Shown here one piece after another: positions 39,703 through 52,770 of a stretch of DNA of 57,139 nt. How positions within the stretch are numbered: position 1 is the first letter of the stretch; each line of letters begins with the position of its first letter. Made by a program: the position numbers and the translations under genes. This stretch comes from Octopus sinensis (lineage: Eukaryota): NCBI RefSeq assembly GCF_006345805.1, contig NW_021833630.1, positions 1 through 57,139 on the forward strand, in the 5' to 3' direction. Under the pieces are notes generated by a model. The model was given only the letters and a program-made list of their open reading frames with translations, made no database searches and had not been told where the DNA came from.

Positions 39703-40711
39703 GTGTATATATAAAATATATATATATGTATGTATAATATATATATATATATATAATGTGTATATGTATGATGTATATAAATAGTGTGTGCGTATATATA
39801 TATATATGCATGTATATGCATGTATGTATGTATGTGTGTATATATATATATATGTGTGTGTGTGTGTATGTGTATGTCTGTGTGTGTTTGTGTGTGTATA
39901 CACACATTAGCATACAGGTGCATTTGGATAATTATGTGTGTTAAGTATGTCTGTCAGGTGTGTTTAAAAAGTTTCTTATTTTTTATGGTGTGTCCCTTTA
40001 CATCTCACACCTCGTCACTTGATCAATAACGATCGATAAAATAAGTATCAAACTGAACTGAAATATGTATGCCAGGGATGGTGGGGATCCAATATGATCG
40101 ACCAAACCTTCGAAGGTGGTGCCGAATTATGACCGCAGACCAATGGCTGAAACCAACAAAAGAATTAACGAATAAAAGAATATCGCCTTTCGACCTTTTA
40201 CTGACAGGAATACCAATTTGTACTACAGACATTTTCGTAGGTTCAAAACGGGGGTAATTAACCGAACCCCGTGTAGCGTGGTTGTGATTATAGAGGAGTT
40301 TCTGTCATTGTGAAGAAGTATACTTGGATATGAATAGGTTTCATAATAATTTGAAATATCTTGGATACAAGATGTCACTCTCTGATGGTCACTAACTGAG
40401 CCGTTATATCCATGTGTATACGTGTATTGTACAAAATGTCACCATCACCTTTCATACTTCCTATGCATCAAACTTTCACACTTCACTCTCTTTTACTCTG
40501 TCTGTCTGTCTGTCTCTCGCTCGCTGTCATTCTTATTATTGTGCTATTTACAAAAGAATAGACAGCCGGCTGCTGCATCTTAGCTATATATATTTACTTA
40601 ACTTTCTTAGTAATTGAAACTTCATTCACTTTAGGCATCTTTGTCCTATATCATTAATTTTTCCTCGAATCTCTGTCTGCCTGCCTGTTTGTCTCTCTGT
40701 CTGTCCGTTTG

Positions 40712-40783
<72 letters not shown>

Positions 40784-41169
40784 CTTCACTCCCTCTTTCA
40801 CTATAAATTCATATTCTTCTCAATTTCTTTTCACTGTGATATAATTGACACGACTTCGGCCGAAATTTAGTGTCGAAACAGGAGTAGTAGGCATGTCCTG
40901 TTATCAACTTCTGTGAATCACAGTGATTATAATGCTGTTGTAATACATGTTATACAGTGTAGTACAGTGAAGAAAATGCTTTTGTAATACAGAGAACCAC
41001 TGTGAAGATAATATTATTTTTATAAATAAGTTAGGGGAAACAGAGAAGCCAAATCTAATCATCCTGCTATTGAATATCCCAGCACACATAGAAAAACAAT
41101 AATATTTATAATGTTAATAATAACAATAATAAGAAGAATTGCAATGTTGGTGATGGTGTTAATACGAGA

Positions 41170-42290
41170 GATAAAAAAAAAACCCTATACCTTTTATTCG
41201 AATGGTTGACCCGTCTAATAAAAAACAACATACCAATAAGAAACACAATAATATGATTTGGATTATATTTCCTTTTGCTAAACATTTGACGTCTAATTTT
41301 ATAAAGTCTATTCGTTCTATTGTTAAATCTAATGTTAGTAAATCTAGGTATGCTGAGATATTCAATAACAGAATGATTAGATTTGGATTTTCTGTTTCTT
41401 CTAACTTATTTAGGATTATTTCTTTCTTTAACAATAGAAAAATAAATCTTTACTACAAGAATTTAACCTCTGCTATTACTTATACTAACCCCAATTATTT
41501 AAATATCTCTGTATCTTCTACCAACGATTCCCATACGCACACAAATTCTTCCTCTATCAACACACATACACATAATAGTACGTCTAACATTAGTAACAAC
41601 TGTAACTATAGAAGCCCTAACAGCCGTGAGGTTAAAGATAATTGTAAAATGAAAAATGTATACTATTACAACACATGATCTCTCTAGGTTTCATTATATA
41701 GGTTGCACGCAGACCCCTCTTATATCACGTTTGAATAATCATAACTAATCTTTTAATGATCCTCAGAAAGAAAGTAGTACTAGTTTATCCAAAAAGGTAT
41801 GGTAACTTAAATGAGACAACATAAATTTCTCAATTTCTTGGAATATTGTCTCTTCTCCCCCCCCCCCCGCTCTTATAGGATTAGAAATAGAACGTGCCTT
41901 TTATGCTTTGAAGAGTCTTATATAATTATGAAAATAAACGGTTCTATCTTAAATTCGAGAGATGAAAGAGTTGCTCTTGTAAACATATGTCCAAATTTCT
42001 TCTCATTAACCTTAAATAGTCTTATTGATTACCTCTTTTTCATATTAGTTCATATTACACTCTTAGGTTATGTGTATGTACGTATTCTCTGTGTATGCAT
42101 GTATGTATTATGAATGTATGTGAGCTTGTGTAGGCATGTCTATGCACTTGTGTTCATGTTTTATATGTATGTGTATGTATATATATGTATATATGTTTAT
42201 GTTTTATGTATGTGCTTGTAGGTGAGTGCACACATATATATATATGTGTATATGTGTATATGTGTATATGTATATATATATGTATGTGTG

Positions 42291-42348
<58 letters not shown>

Positions 42349-43680
42349 CATGTGTATATACATGTATGTGTGTGTATGTATGTGTGTATATGCATATATA
42401 CTTATATACGTTTTATGTGATTACGTACTTCTTTATTTTACTTGTATCTTCCCTCACACTTGCACCCCTGTATGTGCATATGTGAGTGTACGCACATTTT
42501 TTTGTGTATATGTGTATTTTGTGCATGTATGTATGTATGTATGTATGTATGTATGTATGTATGTATGTATGTATGTATGTATGTATGTATATGTGTATGG
42601 CTGTATATCCTTATGTGTTAAGAGTAAACGTTTTTTCTATCATTTGTAAATTTATAATAATTTTCTCCTTCATATATTCGTTTTTGTTCCTACTTTTTTT
42701 CTGATTGTCTCCCCTACCCTGGCCTAGTTTTTAAATAATGTAATTCCCTCGAATACACCGGCCGGTCTTTCTGCGATCGATGTTTTATCCTTGTTAAGTT
42801 CTCTTTGGTTTTTTCTCTGCTTATATGTACATTTTTTATTTAAATATTGTAACTTTTTCAAACATATTCTTGCCTATCACTTTTAACCTCGCATAATTTA
42901 TAAACAGTGAAACAATTGTATGGGGTTAATCTATATTTTTGTTATTTTTCATTTGTCCTGCTCGCTTACGTTCATAGTGTGCTAAATTTTTCTTGAGAAC
43001 AATTCTTAGTGGTTGAGACCCTTGCGTATCTATCTTTAGCGTAAGAGCGTCCACATAGTGGATTCTCTCTCATATATGTGTATACTTACATATATGTATT
43101 CATTTTTCAATATTATGTATATGTATAACTCTATGTTTTTTTCTGCTAGTGCACCTGTTACGTTATATTCTACTTTACACATGTGGCCCTTTTTACATTA
43201 TACTTCATCACGACAGCTACTATTTCTTAAACATATTCGTTAGATTTTTATTCTTATTTTTATGTTATAGTTTACTGCACATATAGACGTACATACACAT
43301 TCATATGTCTGTCTTTTTCTCTCTTTCGTCTCTCTCACTATTATTATCACTGTTATTTATTCCCTTTTACAACTTGCTTGTAAATATCTGATTTTTCCCT
43401 ATTACCCCTTTTGTATTCTCACTTATTGTATGTTATTTTGACTTACTTTATTTTATTAAACCTTTTTTGATGTCATTCCAAACATTCTTCACACCGATGA
43501 GAATGACAATGCATAAATTTAATTATAATTACTATGTTTATAATTTTTCTTACATATTTGTATTGTTCTTTGAAACGCGCGTATGTATTGAATCCTATTC
43601 TGTATTAAATCTAATTTTGATGCAATATTTTTTCTCCTCCATTTTTCTATAATTGATTATGGTATATTTAACCCATAACG
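41170..43680 (+). mobile_element. Decayed 3' part of a third PLE family (GIY-YIG with C-terminal CxLC extension, tentatively Hydra-clade-like)
   Basis: Reconstruction across stops: CNYR..CKMKNVYYY..HYIGCTQTPLISRLNNHN*SF..STSLSKKVW*LK..ISWNIV..RSY..RTCLLCFEESYII..ILNSRDE. It is followed by an STR-rich UTR with an HHR at 43491 and a (TA)n end. Confidence 0.75.
43491..43586 (+). ncRNA. Type-I hammerhead with long stem II and CCGA core, family F8
   Basis: ACA-CCGATGA-GAATGACAATGCA..TGTATTGTTCTTT-GAAAC-GCGC-GTA-TGT: 13-bp stem II (1 mismatch, 3 GU), perfect palindrome ACGCGCGT as stem III, GUA site. Confidence 0.65.
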
Positions 43681-43696
43681 ATATTTTATATATATA

Positions 43697-43751
<55 letters not shown>

Positions 43752-44039
43752 TAGATAGATATAAATATACAGGCGCAGGAGTGGCTGTGCCTGGATTTGG
43801 CAGACGGAACTGAAAGAAACCCGTCGTATATATATATATAATATATATATATATATATAATAAAATAAATATTAGGGAATAAATCCAAATTTACAGGGAA
43901 AAAATCAGATTTAGGATTAAATCGATTTTATAGTAAAATATTATAAAATATTATTCGAGACAAAACCACTATTTTGCAAAACAAACAAGGAAAGACTTAA
44001 TCAATACAAAATTTTAATAAATAGTCAAAAAAACCCACG

Positions 44040-44082
44040 CCACTACAATCGTTTCTTGTCTTGATCGACAATCTTCAGGTGG
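44040..44082 (-). ncRNA. Minimal type-I hammerhead with fully canonical core, family F5, within a minus-strand terminal-repeat fragment (~43860-44098)
   Basis: CCAC-CTGAAGA-TTGTC-GATCAA-GACAA-GAAAC-GATT-GTA-GTGG: all three stems pair, GUA site. Confidence 0.8.
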
Positions 44083-44289
44083 ACTTCCAATAATTCAATG
44101 GGGTTAATCTATATTTTTGTTATTTTTCATTTGTCCTGCTCGCTTACGTTCATAGTGTGCTAAATTTTTCTTGAGAACAATTCTTAGTGGTTGAGACCCT
44201 TGCGTATCTATCTTTAGCGTAAGAGCGTCCACATAGTGGATTCTCTCTCATATATATATATGTGTGTGTGTGTGTATGTGTGTGTGTGG

Positions 44290-44677
44290 GTGAGTGTTTG
44301 TGTGTCTGTGTTTGTTACCCTCCACCATCGCTTGACAACCGATGTTGGTGTGTTTGCGTCCTCGTAACATAGCAGTTCGGCAAATAGACCGATAGAACAA
44401 GTAATAGGCTTACAAAGAATGGATTCGATTTGTTCAACTAAAGGCGGTGCTCCAGCATAGCCACAGTCAAATGACTGAAACAAATAAAAGAATAAAAGAA
44501 TAACAGAACAATATATATGTGTGGTAGTAGCTTGTTTACCAACCACACAGTTCCGGGTTCAGTCCCACTGCGTGGCACCTTGGGCAAGTGTCTTCTACTA
44601 TAGCCTCGGGCAGACCAAAGCCTTGTGAGTGGATTTGGTAGACGGAACTGAAAGAAGCCCGTCGTATATATGTTATA

Positions 44678-44741
<64 letters not shown>

Positions 44742-44942
44742 GTGTGCGTGTATGTTTGTATGTCTGTGTTTGGTCCCCCAATCGCTTGACAACCAATGCT
44801 GGTGGTTTATATGTCCCCGTCACTTAGCGGTTCGGCAAAAGAGACCGATCGAATAAGTACTGGGCTTACAAAGAATAAGTCCCAGTTTAAAGGTGGTGCT
44901 CCAGCATGGCCGCAGTCAAATGACTGAAATAAGTAAAAGAGA
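44290..44942 (+). mobile_element. SINE family B: 3' half (44290-44500) followed by a near-complete copy (44520-44942)
   Basis: GTTCCGGGTTCAGTCCCACTGCGTGGCACCTTGGGCAAGTGTCTTCTACTATAGCC..CCAGCATGGCCGCAGTCAAATGACTGAAAT. Confidence 0.88.
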
Positions 44943-44975
<33 letters not shown>

Positions 44976-45044
44976 CACACATGTATATATACATATATAT
45001 ATGCATATATATATATATATATATATATATGTATACATACATAT

Positions 45045-45792
45045 AAAATTGCATAATTTATTAACAGTGAAACAATTGTATGGGGTTATTCTATATTTTT
45101 GTTATTTTTCATTTGTCCTCCTCGCTTACGTTCATAGTGTGCTAAATTTTTCTTGAGAACAATTTTTAGTGGTTGAGACCCATGCGGATCTATCTTTAGC
45201 GTAAGAACGTCCACATAGTGGATTCTCTCTCATATTTGTGTATTAATAATATTTACTGAATCTCAGTTTTTTATGCGCTAAACCACTGGTGTTAAATTGA
45301 TGTTATTAAATTAATATCCAATTTTTTCACTTTCATTTTGATTTTAATTCTAAAGTAATATGTTCTCAAACCGGCGTTCACTACTGCAGTGAATTATTTA
45401 TGCAGTATTTATTTCCGGGAATTTGGCGCGCTAGAACGAGGGCATTTGAATATAACTGCGAATATAATAGGCCGAACTACTCGTATTTTTGACCCGTGTT
45501 AATATCTGGCACGCAGTTCGACAATATAATTTCATGACAAAATCTCACTGATGATCTCTGTAGATTAATTGTGTAAGTAAAATTGCATAATTATAAACAG
45601 TGAAACAATTGTATGGGGTTAATCTATATTTTTGTTATGTTTTCATTTGTCCGTCCTGCTCGCTTACGTTCATAGTGTGCTAAATTTTTCTTGAGAACAA
45701 TTCTTAGTGGTTGAGACCCTTGCGTATCTATCTTTAGCGTAAAGAGCGTCCACATAGTGGATTCTCTCTCATATATGTGTATACTTACATAT
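45045..45792 (+). mobile_element. ORF-less element with ~200-bp direct terminal repeats containing a hammerhead (non-autonomous PLE / retrozyme-like), family F4
   Basis: Repeat at 45045-45243 and 45582-45792 around ~335 bp of body, with a complete HHR at 45541-45620. Further copies of the repeat lie at 42891-43092 and 44099-44252. Confidence 0.7.
45541..45620 (+). ncRNA. Type-I hammerhead with extended stem II, family F4
   Basis: AATCTCA-CTGATGA-TCT-CTGT..AATTGTG..CATAATT..ACAG-T-GAAAC-AATT-GTA-TGGGGTT: 7-bp stem I (2 GU), palindromic ACAATTGT stem III. The base of stem II is imperfect. Confidence 0.65.
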
Positions 45793-46479
45793 TATATATA
45801 TATTATATTATATATAATATATATATATATATATATACAATATTACATGTATGTATATATATATATAGTATATCTATACATATGTATATATATATATATA
45901 TATAATATATATATATTATATATATGAATATACCATATGTATGTGCGTATTTATATATATAGGCATATATATATATGTATATCTTTGTCTCTATCTCTCT
46001 CTCTTCCATACATACATACATACATACATACCTACATATATATTGCTCGCCAAGAAATTAACGGAGGTAAAGGGGCACTGTTGTGATTTGGGTAGTTTAG
46101 TCTTGACGTAGCATATAACTCACAATGTCAGACCTCAACTGATCTCTTCTAGAGAGACATAAAGAGAAAGAGAGAGTGAGAGAGAGAAAGCGGAGAGAAA
46201 GACAGACAGACATGCAGACAGACTGGCAGACTGACTGAAAGAACGAGTGGCAGAAAGAGAAGAATCAACCTCACTACAGGATTGCTAGTTTTTTTATAGA
46301 CCCTAGAGGAATGAAAGCAAAGTCGACAACGGTGGAATTTGAACTCAGAGAGCATCTTTTAGTTAGTTACCTCCATAATAGATATGTATATGTGTGCACC
46401 TGCATAATGTGTAAAAAAAAGCAAATAAAAGCTATATTGTGTATATGTATATATGTGGTGTGTGTGCATATATATAATG

Positions 46480-47510
46480 GAACAAAAACGCAATAGAGGA
46501 CAATAAAACATTCGGACAGATAGACGATACAAAGGTAGACAGGAGAAGCAACAATTAAAAGGACAAGCAAAAAAAATCGTCATTCGTGGCCTTCTTTCAT
46601 CAGTCAAGTTACCAGAAGTCCTTACTGTTTTGGGCAGTTACACTTAAGATAGTTCGATCTGGTTTTCACCCCACACCAAGTATAAGCCAAGACCATTAAA
46701 TCTTTTTGTAAGATAGCTAGCGAATATGTACGGCAACAAAACATAAAACGGAGAACATGGTACACAATTACAAATACAAACAAGAATATAACAACAGGCG
46801 TCTTTCGACTGAGAACGAATCAAATTGAACTGGCGTGCATGAAGTGAAAGCCTAAGGCAGGAGCATAGGAGATAGACATGAGAGGTTTTGGCGGCCGGCA
46901 GTCAGGCCAAGAAAGAAATATCATGGCTCGCCGGACACTGGTCACGTGGAAGGAGGAGAGAGGGGTAGGAGGCAGCGGGATTGAAGGATTTGAAAAAGAA
47001 AACAGAGACAAAGAGAAAGGTAGAGGGGATTTGAACGAGAAGGAAGTGGGAGTTAAAGAGAGTGCCAAGAAATATGTGTGTGTGTGAATGTGTGTGTGCG
47101 TGTGTGTCTGAGCGAGAGAGAGAAAGAGAGGGAGCGAGAAAAAGAAAAAAGGAAGAAAGTATGAGGGAGGATAAAAGTTAGAGTAAAAGAGTCGTAAAAA
47201 TTTAGATATATACCTACTATAAGGTGACCACAAGTGTGTACGTATGCCGCTATATGTATATATAAATATTATATATATATGTGTGTGTGTGTTTGTGTGT
47301 GTGTGTGTGGGTGTGTGTGTTTGTGTGTGTGTGGATGTGTGTGTACGTGTGTGTGTGTGTATGTGTGTGTGTGACAGAGCATCGCTTAGTGTCGTATTCA
47401 TGGTTTCAGTTGCTAGACCGGGTGGTGTGGTGTCTTTCCGCAAAAGCAGCAGGCTCATTCGTCGATTTCGACGGGAGAGTCATATATATGTCCATCATGT
47501 ATTATATATA

Positions 47511-47546
<36 letters not shown>

Positions 47547-47800
47547 ATGTATGTATATGAGCAAATGAAATATAAAACAAAGTCAGGAAAAACAGCAAAA
47601 GTGAAAAGGGCGTACACAGTAAATGTATTAGATGGACGTGCAGAGAAAGTTTTAAACGGAAAAAAGCGTTGTGGCCTTTCGGATATGACCCTTTGTCAGA
47701 AAGAGGAAAGGGGGAAAGTCCAGAGAATGAAAAGAATAGTCCGAGAAAAGTACGTGTCATTTCATGGCTGGGCAATAACTGAAAAATATATATTAAAGCA
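46480..47800 (-). mobile_element. Probable old PLE terminal-repeat fragments with degenerate HHR-like cores (~46570-46600, ~47665-47710)
   Basis: Minus strand CTTGACTGATGAAAGAAGGCCACGAATGACG and TCTGACAAAGGGTCATATCCGAAAGGCC in pyrimidine-rich UTR-like context; no coding remnant recognised. Confidence 0.35.
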
Positions 47801-47861
47801 TACACACACACATGTATATATAGTATAGATTTTTACTACGTATGTATACATATGTATATAA

Positions 47862-48185
47862 GATGTAGGACACGATGCTGCAATAGCCTGGGCTTCAGAA
47901 GTCCACAGCTCTTCAATATCCCCCCGAAGGACCTGAGAGAACTGCATGGGGTGGATGTAGATGTCTTCAACATAAAGCTGGGCCTCTTACTGGCAGGTGT
48001 CCCAGATGAACCAACTTCGCGGCAGGAGGTGCAGATGAGGGCAACTGCATCAAACTCTCTCATGCACCAAATGTCAATTCCTAAAAAGCATTCGTGAAGT
48101 AAAATTATGTAGCAACATCAAATGGCGGTGCCCCAGCATTGCCACAGCTCGTGAGCTGAAACTAGATAAAATAAATAAAATAAAA
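47862..48185 (+). mobile_element. 3' end of a CR1/L2-type LINE (ORF2 C-terminus + 3' tail)
   Basis: ORF RTRCCNSLGFRSPQLFNIPPKDLRELHGVDVDVFNIKLGLLLAGVPDEP..RATASNSL matches the pattern xWNxLP..FKxxLDxFLxxVPDEP..AAxSNSL; tail GGCGGTGCCCCAGCATTGCCACAG..CTGAAAC then (TAAAA)n. Confidence 0.8.
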
Positions 48186-49369
48186 TAAAATAAAAGATAA
48201 AATAGATATATGAATATATTTGTGTATGTATGATTGGCTGATGGTGATTTTGTTCTTCGATGATTAATGAGATATTTTCACTATGTTTTCCTCTACTTTT
48301 TGTCATTCACTGTTATGACAACCTGTCCAACGCCAGGCAAATGGAGCGTCTTATATATAGTTAGAAGACAGTGTGAAATTTATGTTTGTAGAATGTATTC
48401 CATATTCAATGAGAATTAGTTGCTTCTCTGGCACTATGATAGTTCCAATAAACTGGAACGCATTGAAGATAATGTTACATCGTTATTACGCATAAAAATC
48501 CTTAATGATGAAAATATTATTGTAATATAGAGAAAATAATGTTATTTTAATATAGAAAATCATATTAGCGATAATGTTATTGGAGTATATACAACTACAT
48601 TGAAGATAATGTTATTGTGATTTACAGAACCATTATGAAGATGATATTATTGTAAGGTTGAAAACCATATTGTAAGGTTGAAAATAATGTTATTGTAACG
48701 TTGCTTTCAATATACAGGACCAAGTAGAAGATATTATTTTCTGTAATATAATATAAATTTTAATAGAGTATGGCTTGACGTTCCAAATTCAAAGTGTTTA
48801 ATTACAGCGACAATAAAAGCTAAAGAGAATTTATTAACGAAAGAACAGTTTCTTTACTCCGTTGAATAGGTTGAAAAGCTTTCATATTTTTTTGCATTTT
48901 GCATTTCTGCGAAAACATTGCTGTTCAGCCTCACTCGAATTTAATTGCGTATAGTAACTATCATATTTGAGACAATTCGTGTTCGATTCTCAGCTCAGCA
49001 TCGTAAAACTCTAGGGAAAAACTTAGCAATATAAATGAAATCGTTTTTTTCATTTAAGAAGCCTGTTGATGGTTGTAGTTATGTAAGAATCTGTTATTCA
49101 GAAAAAGGTGACGCCATTTTACACATCATGTGGAGTTAGTTCGCCACAATAGTCACAGACAAAATACAAATATATGAAAGAAGTTGATTAGTTAAAGATA
49201 CGATGAGTTACCACTTCTCTCCTCTCTATTCTCTGATCTTGCAAATTCTATAACTTTAATGTTAACTACATACATATGCTAGCTGACGAAAGACGACGGC
49301 AGCGGCGTGGACGAACGACGGCGAAGACAACTACGGCGGCTATGATGACAACAACGATGACGACGACGA

Positions 49370-49545
<176 letters not shown>

Positions 49546-50219
49546 ATGGGCCGAAATATTGGCACAGAAGAGACAAATAATTTCATACTTGCTCTGATGG
49601 CTAAAAGAAACAAGCAAAAAAAAAAGGGAAAGAAAAAAGAAAAGAAAAGAAAAAGAAAACAAGAAAGAAAAAATTAAAACAAATGTAATAAAATAACACA
49701 GAAAGCACAAGAAAGAGAGATTTAAGTCTTCTAGTTTGTTAGAAACAAGATTACATAAAATAAGTACATTTTTCTGTAGAAGCAGGCAGGTATGGAGTAA
49801 GTAACAACGTCTATATTTTAGAGAAAGCAAAGACACAAAAAGAGAGAGAGAGGAGACAAGTAGAGGGAAAGAGAAAGAGAGAGAGAGAGAGAGAGAAGGA
49901 GAAAGGTAGAGAGAAAGAGACAGACAGACAGAAAGGGAGAGAGTGAGTGAGTGAGAGGAACGTAGGTATTGGAGTTGCCGGTCTGTTGCAAGTATGAGGT
50001 AAAAGTTTTGAACAATTGCTTGTGACAAGTGGTCGCAATAAAGACGAAGATCGCAACTAGAGACACATACCTCTCTCTCATCCGGATTGACTTTGATCTA
50101 ACGTCTTGTGACAGCACTGTACAGCACCAGCCACCAAAATACCACGTATACAACCATAAACACACACGCACATACATACACACACATACGTACACGCAAC
50201 ACCACAAATATATATATAC

Positions 50220-50267
<48 letters not shown>

Positions 50268-50618
50268 TTATATATATATATATATATACATATCATATAT
50301 ATATATACATATCCTATATGGTATATACATATGCATATATGTATATGTATATACGTGTAGCGACTAAGATTGGCATTTATATACAAACACGTATTGACAT
50401 TTGTACAAATACTTTTATGTATATACATATACATACGAAAAGCAGTGAGATAGGTAAATAAATTCATCGTTATATATGCATTTATGCATACATGTACATC
50501 TAATCTATATACCTCTGTATGTAAGAATGTATATATATGTATATATATGTGTGTGTGTATACATGTATATACATGCATGCATATGTATATGTATATATAT
50601 ATATCTATATATATATAG

Positions 50619-50655
<37 letters not shown>

Positions 50656-50917
50656 TGTATATATATATACATTAATAGAGACATATATATATATAAATAT
50701 ATATGCACGAATAAATGCCTACAACTACTATGTATCATATGTGTGCATAAATATAAGTATATAAGCATGTATTATATATATTCTTAGACATATGTATCCA
50801 CACACACAAACATACACACATATTAATATTTACAAACACATACATGTACGTCCGTGCACAGACGTAGATATCTATGCATGTTTGTATTATGTATGTACGT
50901 ATGCATGTATGTATATT

Positions 50918-50965
<48 letters not shown>

Positions 50966-51080
50966 TGCGTAGACTATACATGTATAAAGATACGTACATG
51001 ATTATTTAAATCTATCTATATACCAGCTGTTCTTTCTCTCCCACCCTCTGTCTTTCTGTCTGTTTGCCTGCCTGCCTGCC

Positions 51081-51147
<67 letters not shown>

Positions 51148-51402
51148 ACATATACAGAGACACATAGGAGCACACACATACATAGTACAACTATTCATAC
51201 ATCTATACCACATCAATACATAGGCACAGAAACAGATAACGTTTAGGCATGCATAAATTTCTGTGTATGTATATGAATGTATTCAGGGTCCATACGGCTG
51301 TGTCTATACTTGCAAGCTGTTTCAGGAGAAAATGTATTTGCTTAGAGCCTGCTCGATATCATGCACGTAGCCAAAACTAGTTACACTCGTGCGTTCAGCG
51401 TG

Positions 51403-51438
<36 letters not shown>

Positions 51439-51556
51439 ACACACACACATATTGTCACTCAAGCATGCATATCCATGAGTGTGTATGTGCATGTGCATAG
51501 TTATATAAAGATATACATACATACACATTTAAACGCATATATGCATGTGTAAGTAT

Positions 51557-51609
<53 letters not shown>

Positions 51610-51611
<2 letters not shown>

Positions 51612-52005
51612 CGCAGGAGTGGCTCTGTGGTAAGTAGCTTGCTTCCAGCCACATGGTTCAGTGTTCAGTCCCACTGCGTGGCACCTTGGGCAAGTATCTT
51701 CTACTATAGTCTCGGGCCGACCAAAGCCTTGTGAGTGGATTTGGTAGATGGAAACTGAAAAAAGCCTGTCGTATATATGTATATTATATATATATATGTG
51801 TGTGTGTGTATGTTTGTGTGTCTGTGTTTGTCTCCCTATCATCGCTTGACAACTGATGGTGGTGTGTTTACTTAGCGGTTCGGCATAAGAGACCGATTGA
51901 ATAAGTACTAGGTTTCCAAAGAATAAGACCTGGGGCCGATTTGCTCGACTAAAGGTGTTGTTCCAGCATGGCCGCAGTCAAATGACTGAAACAAGTAAAA
52001 TAGTA
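51610..52005 (+). mobile_element. SINE family B, full length
   Basis: GGCGCAGGAGTGGCTCTGTGGTAAGTAGCTTGC (A box) ..GTTCAGTCCC (B box) ..internal STR.. CCAGCATGGCCGCAGTCAAATGACTGAAACAAGTAAAA. Confidence 0.9.
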
Positions 52006-52089
52006 AAAAAAAAAAGAGTAAAAGAGTAGATATGTGTGTGTGTGTCTATACAATATATATATATATACATACATTACATATATATGTAG

Positions 52090-52120
<31 letters not shown>

Positions 52121-52147
52121 TATATATGTATATATATACATATATAT

Positions 52148-52204
<57 letters not shown>

Positions 52205-52427
52205 CTTACACACGCATATATGCGTGTAAGTGTGTATGCATAACTTTAATATAGATCTGGAAATTTAATAATCATTCAAAATAACTATAAATAGCCGCAT
52301 CGATATAAATAGAAGCAGAGATAGGTATACAAGTATGGACACTTACGCACATACTCACGCCCACGCGCAACACTCACATCCATAGATAGAAAGAAACAAA
52401 AGAAAGAAAGAAAGAAAGAAAGAAAGG

Positions 52428-52464
<37 letters not shown>

Positions 52465-52731
52465 CGAAATGCATATTCTTTTATTCATCTCACCCATGCA
52501 ACTGCGGTCATGCTAGAGCACTACCGTGTGTGTATGTGTGTATGTATATATATGTATGGTATGTATGTATATATATATTATATATAGTATATATTAATAT
52601 ATATAATATATTACCCCCACACACATCCATACGTACACACCCCTCACACAATAAACATACAATATAATAATTATATAAACGGCCTTTAAACGTATATTTT
52701 CTATATGTATGAATGTATACTGCAATATATG

Positions 52732-52770
<39 letters not shown>

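Noticed and set aside
40833-40890. GACAC..GTGTC-GAAAC-AGGA-GTA resembling an HHR 3' half; similar remnant at ~19675
   Set aside because: The CUGANGA box and stem I are not recoverable, so these were not counted as ribozymes.
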